The notes below the pieces were generated by a model, which made no database searches, was not told where the DNA came from, and saw only the letters and a program-made list of their open reading frames with translations. Below, in pieces: positions 25,655-39,719 of a stretch of 64,000 nucleotides of DNA. This stretch comes from Octopus vulgaris (lineage: Eukaryota): contig OX597821.1 of assembly GCA_951406725.2 (NCBI GenBank), positions 43,400,001-43,464,000 on the forward strand, written 5' to 3'. Position 1 is the first letter of the stretch. The number at the start of each line of letters is the position of its first letter. The position numbers and the translations under genes are program-made.

Positions 25655-26237
25655 TGGTTATATTGTGATGTGTATGGACGAGGACAGCAGTGTAAAAAAG
25701 TGCTGATCTCTAACTGTGGCGGGAACCTGTGGAAGAGGTAGACTCAGGAAGACATGGGATGAGGTGGTGAAGCATGACTTCGCACATTGGGCCTCACGGA
25801 TGCAATGACAAGTGACCGAGACCTTTGGTGATATGCTGTGCTTGAGAAGACCCATTAAGCCAAATTAAACTGTAGTCATGGCTGATGCTGGTGTCGCATA
25901 ACAGGCACCCATGTCGGTGGCATATAAAAAGCACCCTTTGAATGTGTGGCCTCATAGAGGCAATGATAAGTGACCGAAACCTATGGTCATATGCTGTGCT
26001 TGAGAAAACTCATCAAGCCAAGTGAAAGAGTAGTAGTCGTGGCCAATGGCAGTATCATGTAATTGGCATGTAAAACACACCTATTACACTCTGGGAGTGA
26101 TTGGCATTAGGAAGGGCATCCAGCTGAAGAAACCATGCCAAATCAGATTGGAATCTGGTGCAGTTCTCCAGGTTACCAGTTTCAGTCAAACCATCTAAGT
26201 CATCCCTGTATGGAAAGCAGACACTAAATGATGATGC
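25655..26237 (+). mobile_element. 5'-truncated RTE-clade LINE (ORF C-terminus and 3' UTR)
   Basis: Encodes V.CMDEDS.VKKC..L.V.G..GRGRLRKTWDEVVKHD, followed by repeated 3' UTR units and an aaatgatgatg tail. Confidence 0.85.
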
Positions 26238-26247
26238 ATATGATAAT

Positions 26248-26279
<32 letters not shown>

Positions 26280-26437
26280 TATCTGATGATGATGAAATAT
26301 ATATGTATATGTATTTAAATGCACACATATATACAATGGGTGTCCTACTGATTTTGCTTAAAGGATTTTGTCAAGTGGTTAATTTTTAGAATAAATGTAT
26401 ATGTTTTAAGATGTATATTTATTAAATAGATCTAGAT

Positions 26438-26666
26438 CAGCATTTCTCAACCAGTTTTTACCTATGGACCCCTTTGGTTCCTATTTTACTCAGATGGATC
26501 CATCTGATGTTTAAAAAAATCCTATTCTATTTTTATAATTAAATAATATTAGGAATTGTGTAAAAATGATTATTAAAAGATTTTGTGTGTTGTAGATGTA
26601 TTAATATAACCAAATTATTGCAGATAAATTTTAACCTCCTTATATGGTCCCTGGTTGAGAACACTG
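26438..26666. mobile_element. hAT (Charlie/MER5-like) MITE
   Basis: Termini cagcatttctcaacca / tggttgagaacactg. The 8 bp TSD is not clearly preserved. Confidence 0.6.
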
Positions 26667-26719
26667 GTTAAGAGGAAGGGACAGTGCTCTTGGCTTTTAC
26701 TCACCTTCTGAAACTGATG

Positions 26720-27050
26720 ACACATCATTGACATTTGACTTAAACCATTGTTGGTCAATGTGAATAGGAACAACATCTGTCTGGAGGGAATTTCAGAGGG
26801 CCAACATTATAGTTAATAAGATATGGGTGAATTGATTAGTGCGAGGGAATAAGGGTTGACTATATTCTAAGTGTGGGGTCTGGCAGGAGTGAATACCACA
26901 TAGGTGATGAGAGGAGAGATGGGTGAGTCAAGAATGCTTGAGATGGTTTGACACCAGTCAGCTGTGAAGAGCAGAAGCCACTGTAGTAGTGGTAGAAAGG
27001 GCAGACTGGAGGTGACATCACAGCTGTAGAGTGAATGATTCCTGGAGTGT
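26720..27050 (-). mobile_element. Old LINE ORF2 3' fragment (CR1/L2/Jockey-group-like)
   Basis: The reverse strand resembles the motifs V.SL..FY.YY.G.CS..L and L.NSL...V.P. Confidence 0.45.
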
Positions 27051-28698
27051 GTTAGTGAGTGTTGAACTCATATTGGTTGATTGACTATTGTTTTTGTTTT
27101 CATTAGTTTCAGTCTATGGTTGGTTCTCTTACTGGGATCTCAGTTACATTATATGTTCTAAAAATAAATATTTGATCTAATATATGTGTTTGTGTTGATA
27201 GGGAATATGTGACGTCAGTCTCAACGATTAGCATTCAGGTTACAATTGAATTCCCTCTGTTCCTGTTAAGTGGCTGAATATTCCATAGACATGTATATCT
27301 TTAGTGAAGTTCTCAGCTAAATCAGTACAACTCATTGTGAGAAGGTTAGGCTTTTGAACTAGAGAGAGGGGGGGGGGCAGGGAAAAAATGGACCTTAGTA
27401 TTAGACTATTATTTATCGACAATGAAAGGCAAAGTTGACCCCAGCAATAGCCAGATGATAGCTGATAGCCAGATACTGCATGGGATTTTAATTCTTTTAG
27501 TTTTAGAAATAGCAGTTAAAGGAAAAAGAATGGACAACTAATTTCTTTTTCTTTTTTTTTTTGTAAAAAAAAAAAAAATCGTCAATACACACACGCACGC
27601 GCACGTACTGGCAGCTTAAACTGCGGCATAAATCTCACTGATAGTAAGAAATGATATTACTTGCATAAATAACAAACTACTGTACCATGTGAAAAGAAAA
27701 TCGGTATTTTATGTTGGAAAAAAAGAATGTAATAGAGAAGTCTGAAAACATCGTATTCACAATCAAAGGGAGAGCACTCTGTTACGTAGATGTCAAATTC
27801 TTGAATACTGAGCGAATCCAGTGAGATTAATTTGATAGTGTTTTCTGAACAATAATGCTTTTTAGTCATTTGGGGCCTATTTTAATTGCTTTCACTGAGA
27901 TATTTGTTCTAAAATATGTTAACTCTATAACAATTTAGTTAGATTATGCTGTAAAATGCTAAGCTTAAACAATAGCGTTTGTGCTTCTTAACTAGGTTAA
28001 GAGTAATTTTTTGTTTTGCTCAAATAAATGACGAATTTGTTTATTCTGGAAAAAAAAAAAAACAAAAACGAAGAGAAACAAGCAAACAAAAAACACAAGT
28101 TTAGTTAAAAACCTACTAACCCTAAAACTGTGGGTTCAAACACCCAAAACGATGCTTGAAAATACTGTTTTTTTCGTTTATATTTTGTTGACCAAATTGT
28201 AATAGATTATCCTTTTATAACTAGTAAGCTATTTAAAATAGAATTCCACGATGAAATTACTTTTGAATAACGTAGACATCAAGCATTGACATATTGTGAC
28301 GGACAACAAGATTATATTTACTCTATAGAAACAATATGGCGGTGCCCCAGCATGGCCACAGCTCGTGAGCTGAAACTAAATAAAATAAAAAAATAAAAAA
28401 TATCAGTTAACTGGAACTTTTAAAGCAATAAAATAGGTTTTCTTGATCAAAATTCCATTATTTATTTAGAAGCAGACAATCATCGTTTTGTATCTACTTT
28501 TCCATGTTTGCATGGGTCAAATGGAATTTGTTGAGGCAGATTTTCTACAACCAGATGCCCTTCCTGTTGCCAACCCTCACTTGTTTCCAAACAAGTTAAT
28601 ATTTCTCCATGGCCAGACATGTTCTTCATGGAAGACTGGACATGAATAACATTGCTTGTATGATTCTGATGCTTGTTTATAACTGTTATATGATGTTA

Positions 28699-29038
28699 GT
28701 GAAGGCGCGTGGCTCAGTGGTTAGAGCGTCGAGCTTACGATCGTGAGGTTGTGAGCTCGAATCCCGGACCGGGCTGCGTGTTGTGTTCTTGAGCAAGACA
28801 CTTTATTTCACGTTGCTCCAGTTCACTCAGCTGTAGAAATGAGTTGCGACGTCACAGGTGCCAAGCTGTATCGGCCATTGTCTTTCCCTTGGACAACATC
28901 GGTGACGTGGAGAGGGGAGGCCGGTATGCATGGGCGACTGCTGGTCTTCCACAAAAAAACAATCTTGCCCAGACTTGTGCCTCAGAGGGTAACTCTAGGT
29001 GCAAACCCATGGTCAGTGTCTGACTGAAGGGGGTCACC
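28699..29038 (+). mobile_element. Young tRNA-derived CORE-like SINE nested in an older - strand SINE
   Basis: CpG-rich tRNA-like head (tggctcagtggttagagc...gctcgaatccc) and 9 bp TSD atgatgtta (28690-28698 / 29039-29047). Confidence 0.9.
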
Positions 29039-29274
29039 ATGATGTTAAAACAAAGGCACTCATATACACAAACTTATATATGATGAACTTCTTTTGCTTT
29101 CCATCTACCAAATCCATTCACAAGGCCTTGGTTGGTCTGGAGCTATAGTTAAGACACCTAGGTGCTATACAGTAGAACTGAATCGAAGACTACATAGGTG
29201 GGAACTAAGCTTTTAAGCATGCATTAAAGCTTGCACCTACAGTGTTTGTCTTCTTATGGTTTCTGAGAGGGAAA

Positions 29275-29509
29275 TATAGGCAGCGAGCTGGGAGAAGCAT
29301 TAGCACGCCGGGCAAAATGCTTTGCGGTATTTCGTCTGCCATTACGTTCTGAGTTCAAATTCCGCCGAGGTCGACTTTGCCTTTCATCCTTTTGGGGTCG
29401 ATAAATTAAGCACCAGTTACGCACTGGGGTCGATGTAATCGACTTAATACCTATGTCTGTCCTTGTTTGTCCCCTCTATGTTTAGCCCCTTGTGGGTAAT
29501 AAAGAAATA
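29275..29509 (+). mobile_element. Young SINE with Nin/Deu-like central domain
   Basis: Core gactttgcctttcatccttttggggtcgataaattaag and 17 bp TSD ggtttctgagagggaaa (29258-29274 / 29510-29526). Confidence 0.9.
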
Positions 29510-30289
29510 GGTTTCTGAGAGGGAAAATCATTTTTCATGGACTACTAGAGGTGGTGGATGAGAGGTTTTTGGTAAATATGGAACTTAACTAATATAGTAA
29601 GGAAATGAATTGTCTCAAGCAAGAGTTCCTTTCAGAGAAAGATTGCATGTAATGTTTGGAGTGTGTTGGGATAGAAACACAGAACATTGGTAACTGTGTT
29701 GGTTTAGGCTGAGATGGGGCTGCAGCTAGCTAGTTGTAAAGGGCATAGTGCATTACTGGTGTATAACATAGGTGTGTGTATGTATATAATAAAGAGAAGC
29801 AGAGTGGGTCAGGGATAGGACATTTTCCCCTAATTACATGATCAAATATATTTTCATCTCAATGTAGTGCTTAATATAAATGATGGAAGAGAGAGGTTTG
29901 AAGGAAGTGTTTGTTTCAAGATAGAGGTTCTATTCAATAGCCACCTTTTCTGAAATATTTTTAGGATAATTTTGTTTTGTCTCTGTTCTTGCAAGTAACT
30001 TGGCAACTTCACATATGCCTGTAGCATGAAAAAGAAGCGCTCAAAAGTACATACTGTAAAATAATTGGTATTAGGAAGGACATCCAGCTGTAGAAACCTT
30101 GTCAAAGCTGACACTGGAGTTTGTCTCAGCCTTGCCACCTGGCAGCTCCTGTCAAACCCCCCAACTCATGCCAGCATAGAAAATGTGTTTAATGGTGATG
30201 ATAATGAATGAGGAATCCTTTTGATTTTAAATATAATTTTAACTGTTACTCTGTTCCTCTGGCAATCCAAAGTAGTTAATAATATTGAT

Positions 30290-30500
30290 TTTAGATTTTG
30301 GGACAATGCCAGCACTTTTAGGGGAGGGAGTAAGTTGATTACATTGATCCCAGAATTCAACTGGTATTTATTTTATTGACCCCAAATGGATGAAATACGA
30401 AATCAACCCTGGCTGCATTTGAGCTTAGAATGTAAAAGCAGATGAATTGCTGCTAAGCATTTTACTTGGTGCACTAACAACTCTGCCAGCATGCTGCCTT
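30290..30500 (-). mobile_element. Older copy of the Nin/Deu-like SINE
   Basis: Reverse-complement similarity to 29275-29509 and 43050-43258. Confidence 0.7.
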
Positions 30501-32128
30501 AAAGAAGTTACTAATATTAGTGTTTAAAAAAAGATTCAGTTAAATTGAAGTGACTTTCATTGTGGATTGAATTCTCCTAGCATGTCATAACATTCTCCAA
30601 AGATTTGTTGGTAATTCAGTTGGAAAGAGATTCAGAATTTCCTGTTAAGAGAAACAAAATGCATGTAACACAGTTGAACCAATGACCTTTCAGTTCTAAA
30701 ATATCATAAATAGCCATCATTTTACCACCAATCCTTCTACTCATGAGATTGTGACTTCCCTTTCTATAACATTCCTCTACTCTTTAATATACACACACAC
30801 ACTTTCTTTTCTTATATTTGCTTTCAAGTGCTGTATCTTAACTCTTAATGTATCTTGTTTGGTTTAAATAGTATATTATGCAAGTATTATTATTTTCTTT
30901 GATGATATATTGACATTCTAACTCAGTAAGAATGCCAAGGTAGAAATTGTCGTCACACACAAAGTGGATAGTAAGTATATAAGCTGTTTCAACAAAGGAC
31001 AAATGACAATGAACAGAAGGTTGTTGTAAAATCATAAATTATGCATGATTATAACAATAACTCATCTCCAAAGAAATTTGGTTGGCTTTCATTTGTTTCC
31101 ATAGATAGAGGACATTATTGTATCTGTGTCAGTGTGTATTTTTTGATTACCTAGTCTGAGGAGTAAAGGTAGTGGCTATAGTCCTTCAGGTACCTGGTAT
31201 TGAGATTATAAGGTGTGAGATAATGATGGTTAATGTTCATTGTAAATTATTGAGGGTTAGAGGAAATAACACTGGTGTGGAGTGAGTTCCAGAGGGATGA
31301 AGAACACATGGAGGGGAATAAGGGTTTCTTTCAGTTTTGTGTGCATGCACTCATACACACATGGCTGACAAGCATAGGCATGGCTGAATGGTTAGGAAGT
31401 TCGTGCTTTGCTAGTATATGGTTTTGGGTTCAGTTCCACTGGTTAAGTGTCTTCTACCATGGTCTAGGTTGAGCAATGCTTTGTGAGCAAAATTGATACA
31501 CAGAAACTTATATATATATATATGTGTGTCTGGGTCCATATGTACATGAATGGTTGCATTCTGCACTTCATTTGAAAACATTGTGCTGTAAATTGGTGAC
31601 TTTATATTGTCAGAAACATTGTCTTCTAACTCTGGAATAAAAATAATCCCTTACTTTAAAAAGCAAGTACTGGTTGGCATTAGGAAGGGCACCTGGTCGC
31701 AAAATGCAGGCTGAAACAAGCTCCTTTGCAACCCATGTTGGCATGGAAAAATGTACCGATGTATATCTGTACTGTCAAAAACTATGAAGCTGGTATTTGA
31801 CAAATGGATCAGTATAACATAGATGTCGTATACATTTGATTTAGACTTGTAATAATTCACCATATATTGCCAAGTTAGGTTTGGATCAAAGTTCATTCAC
31901 TAAAAGGTAGTATATTTTGTCAATAATCAATTTAGCATGCATTCCATACACAATACAATAAACATCTCATTAAGGCAAGTCCTTTATATAAAGTTGATAC
32001 GGTTTAAGATACATGCATTACAATAAGCAAATACTAAATGTACTAGTATGACATGACTTAGTACTAAATATACATACTTGCAAAACACACGTGTGCTTGC
32101 CCATTAAATTTCAAATATTGTGCATATA

Positions 32129-33343
32129 CACAGGTTGGACAAAATAATGGAAACCCCTTAAAATTTCAAATTAATTTTAATATGGGGTAGGACTACGAGG
32201 TATAGACTCATACAAAGTTTGAATTGTTTCCAAAGGGATTTTTGCCCATTCTTCAGCTAAAATAGTCTCCAGTTCTTGTAGTGATGATGGTGGAGGATAT
32301 CGACTCCTTACTTGGTTTTTCTAAAATGCACCATAAATGTTCAATAATATTGAAATCTGGGGACTGTGGTGGCCAGATAAGATGTTCAACTTCACTAGAA
32401 TGTTCCTCATGCCATTCAGTGTGTGAATTAGCTGTGTGAATTGGTGCATTATCATCCTGAAAGATTGCATTTCCTCCGGAAACAGTTCCACAGCCATAGG
32501 ATGAATTCGATCAGATAAAATGCTTAGTCTTGACTATTAATTCTGGCATAAATGGAAACCACTGGGCTGGCAGATTTCCAAGATATAGTCCCTCAGATCA
32601 TCACAGATCCTCCTCCATGTTTAACAGTTGGAAGAAGGCAGTCTGGGTCAAATGCTTCTTTTAGCAGTCTCCATACATATACTCAGCTGGTGGCCAGAAA
32701 TAAGGTAATGGATGACTTGTTCGAGAAAATAACATTCTTCCACTGCTCTAGAGACCAACTCAGTAGGTTTTTACTCCACTCTAAACACTTTGCAATGTTT
32801 GCTTTTGAAAGTAGCAGTTTTCTGATTGCAGCCCTTTTGTGAAATCTGGTTTTGTGCAGCACTTGGCGAACAGCTTTTGTGGAAACTGGGTTCTCGAGGT
32901 GGTCATTAAGCTCTGCAGTAATTTTGGGAGATGTACTTTTGTGATCCTTTCTAACAATTCGTGTAAGAGTATCTGAAAGTTTTGGTTTTCTTCTGGAGTT
33001 TTGTTTCGTCGAAGAGGCTCTTCCCACTTTCTCAAAGGCTATCATTACTTTCGAGACAGTACTTCTTGATACACTAAACATTTCAGCTGTTTCTGTTACA
33101 CTAGCACCTGCCGTACGAGCACCAACAATTTGACCTCTTTGAAAGTCTGATAGATCTGTCATTATAATGAATTTTAATTATCTTTTTCTGATGATGTCTG
33201 AAAAGAAACAGCAATTTTAGCAAAACATATTAAGCAACACTAATAATAAATCAAAAAACATAAAAATAAAGAAGCTTTTAACGGTTTTATAGATATATCA
33301 AAATTATGATGCTCGGTGTTTCCATTATTTTGTCCAACCCCTG
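32129..33343 (-). mobile_element. Tc1-like (DD34E) DNA transposon, decayed
   Basis: TIRs ggttggacaaaataatggaaac on both ends, TA-flanked. ORF 33162-32683 reads MTDLSDFQRGQIVGAR (HTH), with FQDDNAPIHTA and WPPQSPDFNIIEHLW downstream in broken frames. Confidence 0.95.
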
Positions 33344-34004
33344 TAAATTGCATCATACATTAATGAACATAATCCAGATATTTCCTCTTTAAAGTTTTTG
33401 TTACCATATTTCTGTTGAAAAACACTGCCAATATTAATTTTCAAAATAATGAATTCAGTAAAATAATGTCAAAATGAAGCTGATATTTGGAGCATAAATT
33501 GAAATTTTGATCAAAGGTTTTGAGCTATATGACTTCAGATTATGAAATTTGTGCCATAGAACTCAGGATGGTCTTGGGCAGGTTGGTAACAAAAAGGTTA
33601 TCTGTGTGCACAGACATGGCTATGTGGTTAAGAAGCTTGCTTCCAAACCACATAGTTTCAGGTTCAGTCCCAATACATGGCACCTTGGGTTTGTGTCTCC
33701 TAGCGCCTCAAGCTGACCAATCTTGTCATACAAACTGTCCTTTGTTTCCAATCTTCTGTGAAAATGTATCCAGCTATGGAGAAATATTTCTTTACTTAGA
33801 AACAAATGAGGAAGGACGTTTTGTCTGCTTGTGACTATCATAGAAGACATAGGAGAGCATTGCAACGAGATGGAACTTGAAACCACATGGAAGTGAGAAA
33901 CACTTAATAACCACGTAGCCATGTCTCCCCTCCCTCTCTCTCTCTCATATATCTTATATATGCACACATGCACACATGGATGATAGCTAGTCTCTCTGCA
34001 TATC

Positions 34005-34054
<50 letters not shown>

Positions 34055-37000
34055 TATCTTGCTTTTTTGTGTGACGGAGCTCACTACTAACAGTGTCAAG
34101 GACATGTTGCAATAAATAACTCAAGTTGTATTATAATGTGTTTCTAATATTTCATTTTTTTTGTTTGTTTTGTCTTTTGTGTTGGTGTTGGTATGAACAT
34201 GCTTTCTGTACCATTGCTTATCTCTCTGCTGCTTTGAACTTTTAATACTGTGACAGCCTTTAAAATATCTGTGACTGATTGCATTTTCCAGTAGCTGTGG
34301 TTTCTGCTTTAAAATACCCACTTCCCTTTACTTATTCTATTTGTAGTTAATATCATTGTTATTTAATCAAAATGGATAATTGTAAATTTATCCATCTCTC
34401 CCACCTCCTTTCACACATATCACATCACTGTTATCTTTGTCTTTGAAGCTAAACATGTAAAATGGGCATCTAAATGCTGCAAACTGCAAATTAATCTAAC
34501 AATGATAATGAAAAGACAAGTCTCCACTAAATTAGCCTTGAAATATGTTTTATAAAAATTCAAGTTACATTGCTAATTTTTTTAGGATCAAGTCACAACT
34601 TAATGTTTCATTTTATTCTTCATTAACTGTTAAGAGTTAAAGATTTCATCATTTATTTTCAGAAAATCTTTTTTTTCAAGAAGAGAACATTACTGTGTCT
34701 GCTGCAACATTTTCTACTTGAACATTTTAATTGTTCATTTACTCTATAAATCTTGCTCATTTTTCAGAATTGATCAAAGATTAAATAGAAGTTAACCTCT
34801 TGTAAAGAACACATGCTCAACTAACTTTAATCTTTGTATTGCAGTCATGTATTATCTGTTTTATTCTTACTTTCCTACCACTTTCTCTTGAAAGATTCCT
34901 TTGCCTCTATCTAGCTTTCTATAATATATGCCTTATCTCTTTTATGTCATTTTAAGTTAGTGTTAATTCTATTACTTTAGGTGCAATTGGTTTTCTTCTC
35001 CCCAGAGCATAGTGTTTCATTACATATCCACCTTCCTATATTGTGTATATCATAATCAATAAACTTTTGCAATATTCTATCAGTTGTTCAAGTATATAAA
35101 TTTTAAATGTTACTTTTTTAGCAAAATTTAATGTTGTGTCTTGGTAAAATATACTTGACAGTTTTTCAGTTCAGTGCCTGTAATACTGGTCTCAGCCAAA
35201 TAAGCATTGTAGTTTCTTTTGTCTTAGTCATATTTCATTGTTTGTTTATCTGTGAAATAGCTACTTATTTGACATTTAGCACCAGGAAATGTAAGCATTC
35301 TTCTATTGAAATCTCTTGAATCAAGATGTGCAAGGTATTCATAGTAAAGGTCTTAGTTAATACAACTCTATGTCCTCATGTTTATGCATATTAATAATTC
35401 CTTTGTATGATATTATTCTAAAATTGCTATCCCTCTTTCTCTCTTGTTGTGACACCAAACTGACTAAAAACAAGCATTATTACTTCTGTATGTAATATTC
35501 ATTTGCTTTTTGAGCCAAAATCTATGTTTATATCCTAAATATTTGTTATCCCTCTACACTGTACATGTACATATTGACACATATCTACTTAGAATGGTTG
35601 TCATGTTCCAATGGGAAGTGGCGGTGGCGGTAGGACTCTATGCTGTAACTTGCTAGAGATAGTGACCAAATTCATCCTAGCATCCTAAAATAGCATGGTC
35701 ACGTTAAACAGTGTAGTTTTAGTTCTACAAGAAGTTGGCATGATCTAGGCTGGAATGCATTTGTAACTAGATCTACTAGTTCATGGCTAATCAAGTTAAC
35801 CTTGAAGGGATTGGAATTCAGAATATAAATGGCTTCAACAAAACTGCCTGACATTGTGCTTGATGCTCTACTGATTCTCTTCTGTTCAGTTAAATATTTT
35901 CTTTAGCTAACAGTCTCAGTACTTTCAATGGCTATTGCTGGATTTTGGTTATTGTAAGGAAACTGGTAGTGGTGGTGGTGCAATTGAAAATTAACATCTC
36001 ATTTACACTTTCAATTGGATGTAGGGTTAAAAATTCAATCACTTCATTAGAAGTTATGGCAAGATTATGAATCAGGCAGCATGTTACATAAAATTGTTAC
36101 TAATTTACTTAAATGTCTACTTTAAGAGAAATAGTGCAGTAGTTAATTTAGTAAGGTAATCTTGTTTTGAATTTTGCAATGGCTATGTTGTTTTGCCTTT
36201 AAGGCATTTGTTTTCATATGGTGAATAGACACTAATATGGGAAATGTTTTAAGTTTTAAAACCACTTCAATGAAATCTCTGAAATTGCTTGTTCATTTAT
36301 ACCAGTATAGATATGAACTAAATGGTAAAATTGGAAAGAGATATAAAAAAAATTATTTGGTTCCCATGAAACTTTTAATTTTAGAATAAATGATCTTTAT
36401 TTAATGAATTTATTTTATATAAATTCTTTAGGAATTCTACGGTGTGCATGTATTTGTAAAGAAAAAAAAAGAAGCCTATTTACTTTAGATCTCATGCTAG
36501 TTGCTTTTGACAATATTTAACTTTTTATGTTGTAAAATCAGTAATTTTTTAATAGAATTTTAATGTAAATGTTTTGCAAAAAAAAAAAAAGTGTGGTACT
36601 CATGCATGAAAGAAAAACACCCCTGTTTTTCCTTATTGAAAGCTTTTTTTTTTTTGTTTTTAATGTTAAATCAGGTGAATATTGAAATATATCTACTATT
36701 ATAGTTAATTTATCCTCTCAAGTTATTTCATTCAGGCATGCTGTAAGTTATCTTTTTCATCTAGATAGTTTATTGCATTTTTTAAAAATAAATAATGAGG
36801 ATTGCTGTATTTTTCAAAAATATTTAATTTGCTTACATAATTGAAATGAATTTCAGTAAATTTTTAATTATTTTCTCCACTTGATTCGGTCGTTGCAATT
36901 TTTACAATCACAAATATAAAAAAATCGCTTGCTGTAAAAAATGGAATTTTAAAGAATTTATGTTTTAGTGTCATGAGCAATTAGTTCTAGTTTTGTACTT

Positions 37001-37075
37001 TTCTTTAAATTTTTCAAAATCACAATCACATCGATATTGTCAGCTTCCTATATCCCCTATTTGACTTATTTGTAG

Positions 37076-37105
37076 GTTATCGCTGCTTTTTGGCCAAAGT
37101 GCCAG
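37076..37105 (+). CDS. Candidate 30-nt small exon
   Basis: ttgacttatttgtag|GTTATCGCTGCTTTTTGGCCAAAGTGCCAG|gtaggc. Length is 3n, no stop in any frame, and the surroundings are TE-poor. Confidence 0.5.
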
Positions 37106-39323
37106 GTAGGCCTCACCTGCTGCTCACTTTTTGTGTGATGTGCTGTGTAGCGCTCAGAATGTGGTGACCCTGTTGCTGTGAACTAGCATGTTTATCATAA
37201 TGATGATGGTATTTAATAACCATCTATAATAGTTGCACTAATTCAATCCACTCATATTAGTTATATCTATTTTTATCAAAATGTAGTTAATTCATAAAGT
37301 AAAAAAAAAAACCTATTTGTTTCTGGGTTCGTGCCTATTTTTGTTATTTTTTGTCGAATGTTGTCATAATTTCTGCTGTATTTTTAAAGGCTTTCTTCTT
37401 ATTTTTATTAACTATTTTTTGTTGATAATTTTATTATTTAAACAAACCTATCTCATTTCTGTGCATTTACAAATGAAGTTCATGTTCCTCTTATAACAAT
37501 TAACATAAATTCAAGAATCAAAATTTTCTAACCAAGTTAGTTTAGTATATTAACATCTTTTAGAGTTGTGAGGAAAGCACCAGGAGTTAATTTTTTTATC
37601 TCTTGCTCCTATCCATTTCACTTGTTGCCTTTGAGAAAGGCAAGAACTGCACTGACTTAATATATGGCATGTATCTAAGAATGAAATCAATATTTCATTC
37701 ATACATATTCCTTTTAATTTTGCAAATCAAGAACAAATGGAAAAGATTATCTTTTTAAAATTGAAGACTATAAAATGCCATACGTTAAATATGTTGAAAT
37801 ATTATCAAGTTTCTTTGAGGCTAAATTTACACATACACACACACTTGTAGAAGATTATTATTATTATCATTGGTTTTAAAAGCACTGATGTTTTGAATGC
37901 TGCTTTCAGTCTTTGAAGAGAGAATAGATTAATGACATACAAGTTATAAATCTATATCTTCCATTTTACTTCTCAGCAGTAAATGTCAGTTATTGACTTT
38001 TATATGGAAGACATTGGTGGTGGTGGTTGTGGTGGGGCAGGTCTGAAATAACTTAGACAACATTTAAATAGTTCTCATCTAGAGTTTTTTAATACTTTTC
38101 CTATCTTTTAACTTTTCTTTTTGATTTGCTTCTTACATGTAATATTTAAACAGATGGAATGAAGGAACAAGGGAAATTAGTATGCTGTAAATAAATTTAA
38201 TAATTTGATTGCAACTAAGAAATATATATATAAAAAAAAGATACTAAGTTTCCATGAAAATCATTACGTTTTCAGTTTTGTTAAGCAAAAATATTAAACA
38301 CTCTACAAATAAGCTTCTTTCAAAGGTAAAATAATTCTCTTACTTAGTTTTTGCCTTTTATCTATGAAATTAAAAAATAAATTCTAAGCAACTTTATGAA
38401 GATTATTGTTGAACTGGAAATACATTTTGAAAAGAATTCCAAATTGAAACATTAAAAAAAAATATAAAATAAAAAAAACAAAAACAACAAAACCCAAAAC
38501 AAAAAAAAATTCACTGATCTTTGATAAAATATAGTTTTTTGTTATTTATGGAAAGCTGAAACTTCATTTTATATGCACTTTAATTGAATATAATTTTTGC
38601 ATTTGATAAATTTATTTTTAATGGGTATTTTTAAACTTTTTTTTCTGAATGTTTTATTTTTTTATTCCTCCCCCATTAGATTCTGTAGATACTTCAGTAT
38701 ATATTTGATGTATTGATCTTTGTCCAGTTGACTGTTCAATTGATTAAGATTGTACAAATTAGGTGCGATTTTAATATGAATATTTAAATGAATTCTTTTT
38801 TAATCAAGCTGTGCTGATTACGAGATTTTGTTTAAGAACGGAATTAGATGCTGGGGAGAAGCCCCAAGAAAATGTTTTATTAGTGTATGTTTGACAATCA
38901 TATGATTAATGCACATCTTGAATTAAATTTGATTAAACAATATTTTGATTGATCTGGAGATTTAAACTTACCAAAACGTTCCTATTTAAAAAATTGTACT
39001 TTCTGGCATAATTTAGTGATCGTTATCTTTAAATTCATTGTATATTTTGGAGCATTCATCTGTGGACATAATCGAATGTTTGGTCATTTTTATCTGCTCA
39101 TTTTCTCTGTTATCAAATAGAATCTAAATGTACATGAAAGTTGTTGTCCTTAATTCTGGTGGTAGATACCTTAGTTTCCATGTTTCCCAGCATATTTTCA
39201 TTCACTATTTCAGTTTCATTCATTTGTAATTGTTTTTTTCATTTATATAGCCTAATCCAAGTATTTAAAGAATTCTTTCCTAATGACTCTAACCCTCTAT
39301 GAATGCTTGCTTATTTGTTTCAG

Positions 39324-39377
39324 AATGGATTACTTCAATAGACTTTTCTCAAATATCTTCATACAAGTTCATAGTTG
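39324..39377 (+). CDS. Candidate 54-nt small exon
   Basis: Branch-point-like ctctaac, then tgcttgcttatttgtttcag|AATGG...GTTG|gtaaat. Length is 3n and two frames are open. Confidence 0.35.
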
Positions 39378-39486
39378 GTAAATCTTGATGGCAAGGAATA
39401 AACCTGTTCATGAGATAACTGGTTCATAAATAAACAATAAAATCTCAAATGAACATCTGATGTGTGTGTGCCTATATCTATCTATA

Positions 39487-39552
<66 letters not shown>

Positions 39553-39719
39553 TGTGTGTGTGTATATATATATATTCATTTTTTAAATGTCTTGCTTTGA
39601 AAAACTGCATTTAGGTATGATTAGTATAATTTTGGTAGTAATGACTTTGTCCCTCTTAGTGTGAGGCATTTATGTGTAATAATGCCCTCTATACAATATA
39701 TATATATATATATATATAT

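Noticed and set aside
28701-28775. tRNA gene
   Set aside because: The tRNA-like A and B boxes continue into a SINE body with a TSD, so this is a SINE head.
33620-34105. 161-aa ORF, and similar YIYI/HTHT/VCVC ORFs at 14592, 39661 and 54858
   Set aside because: Read-through of microsatellites and SINEs with no protein-like character.
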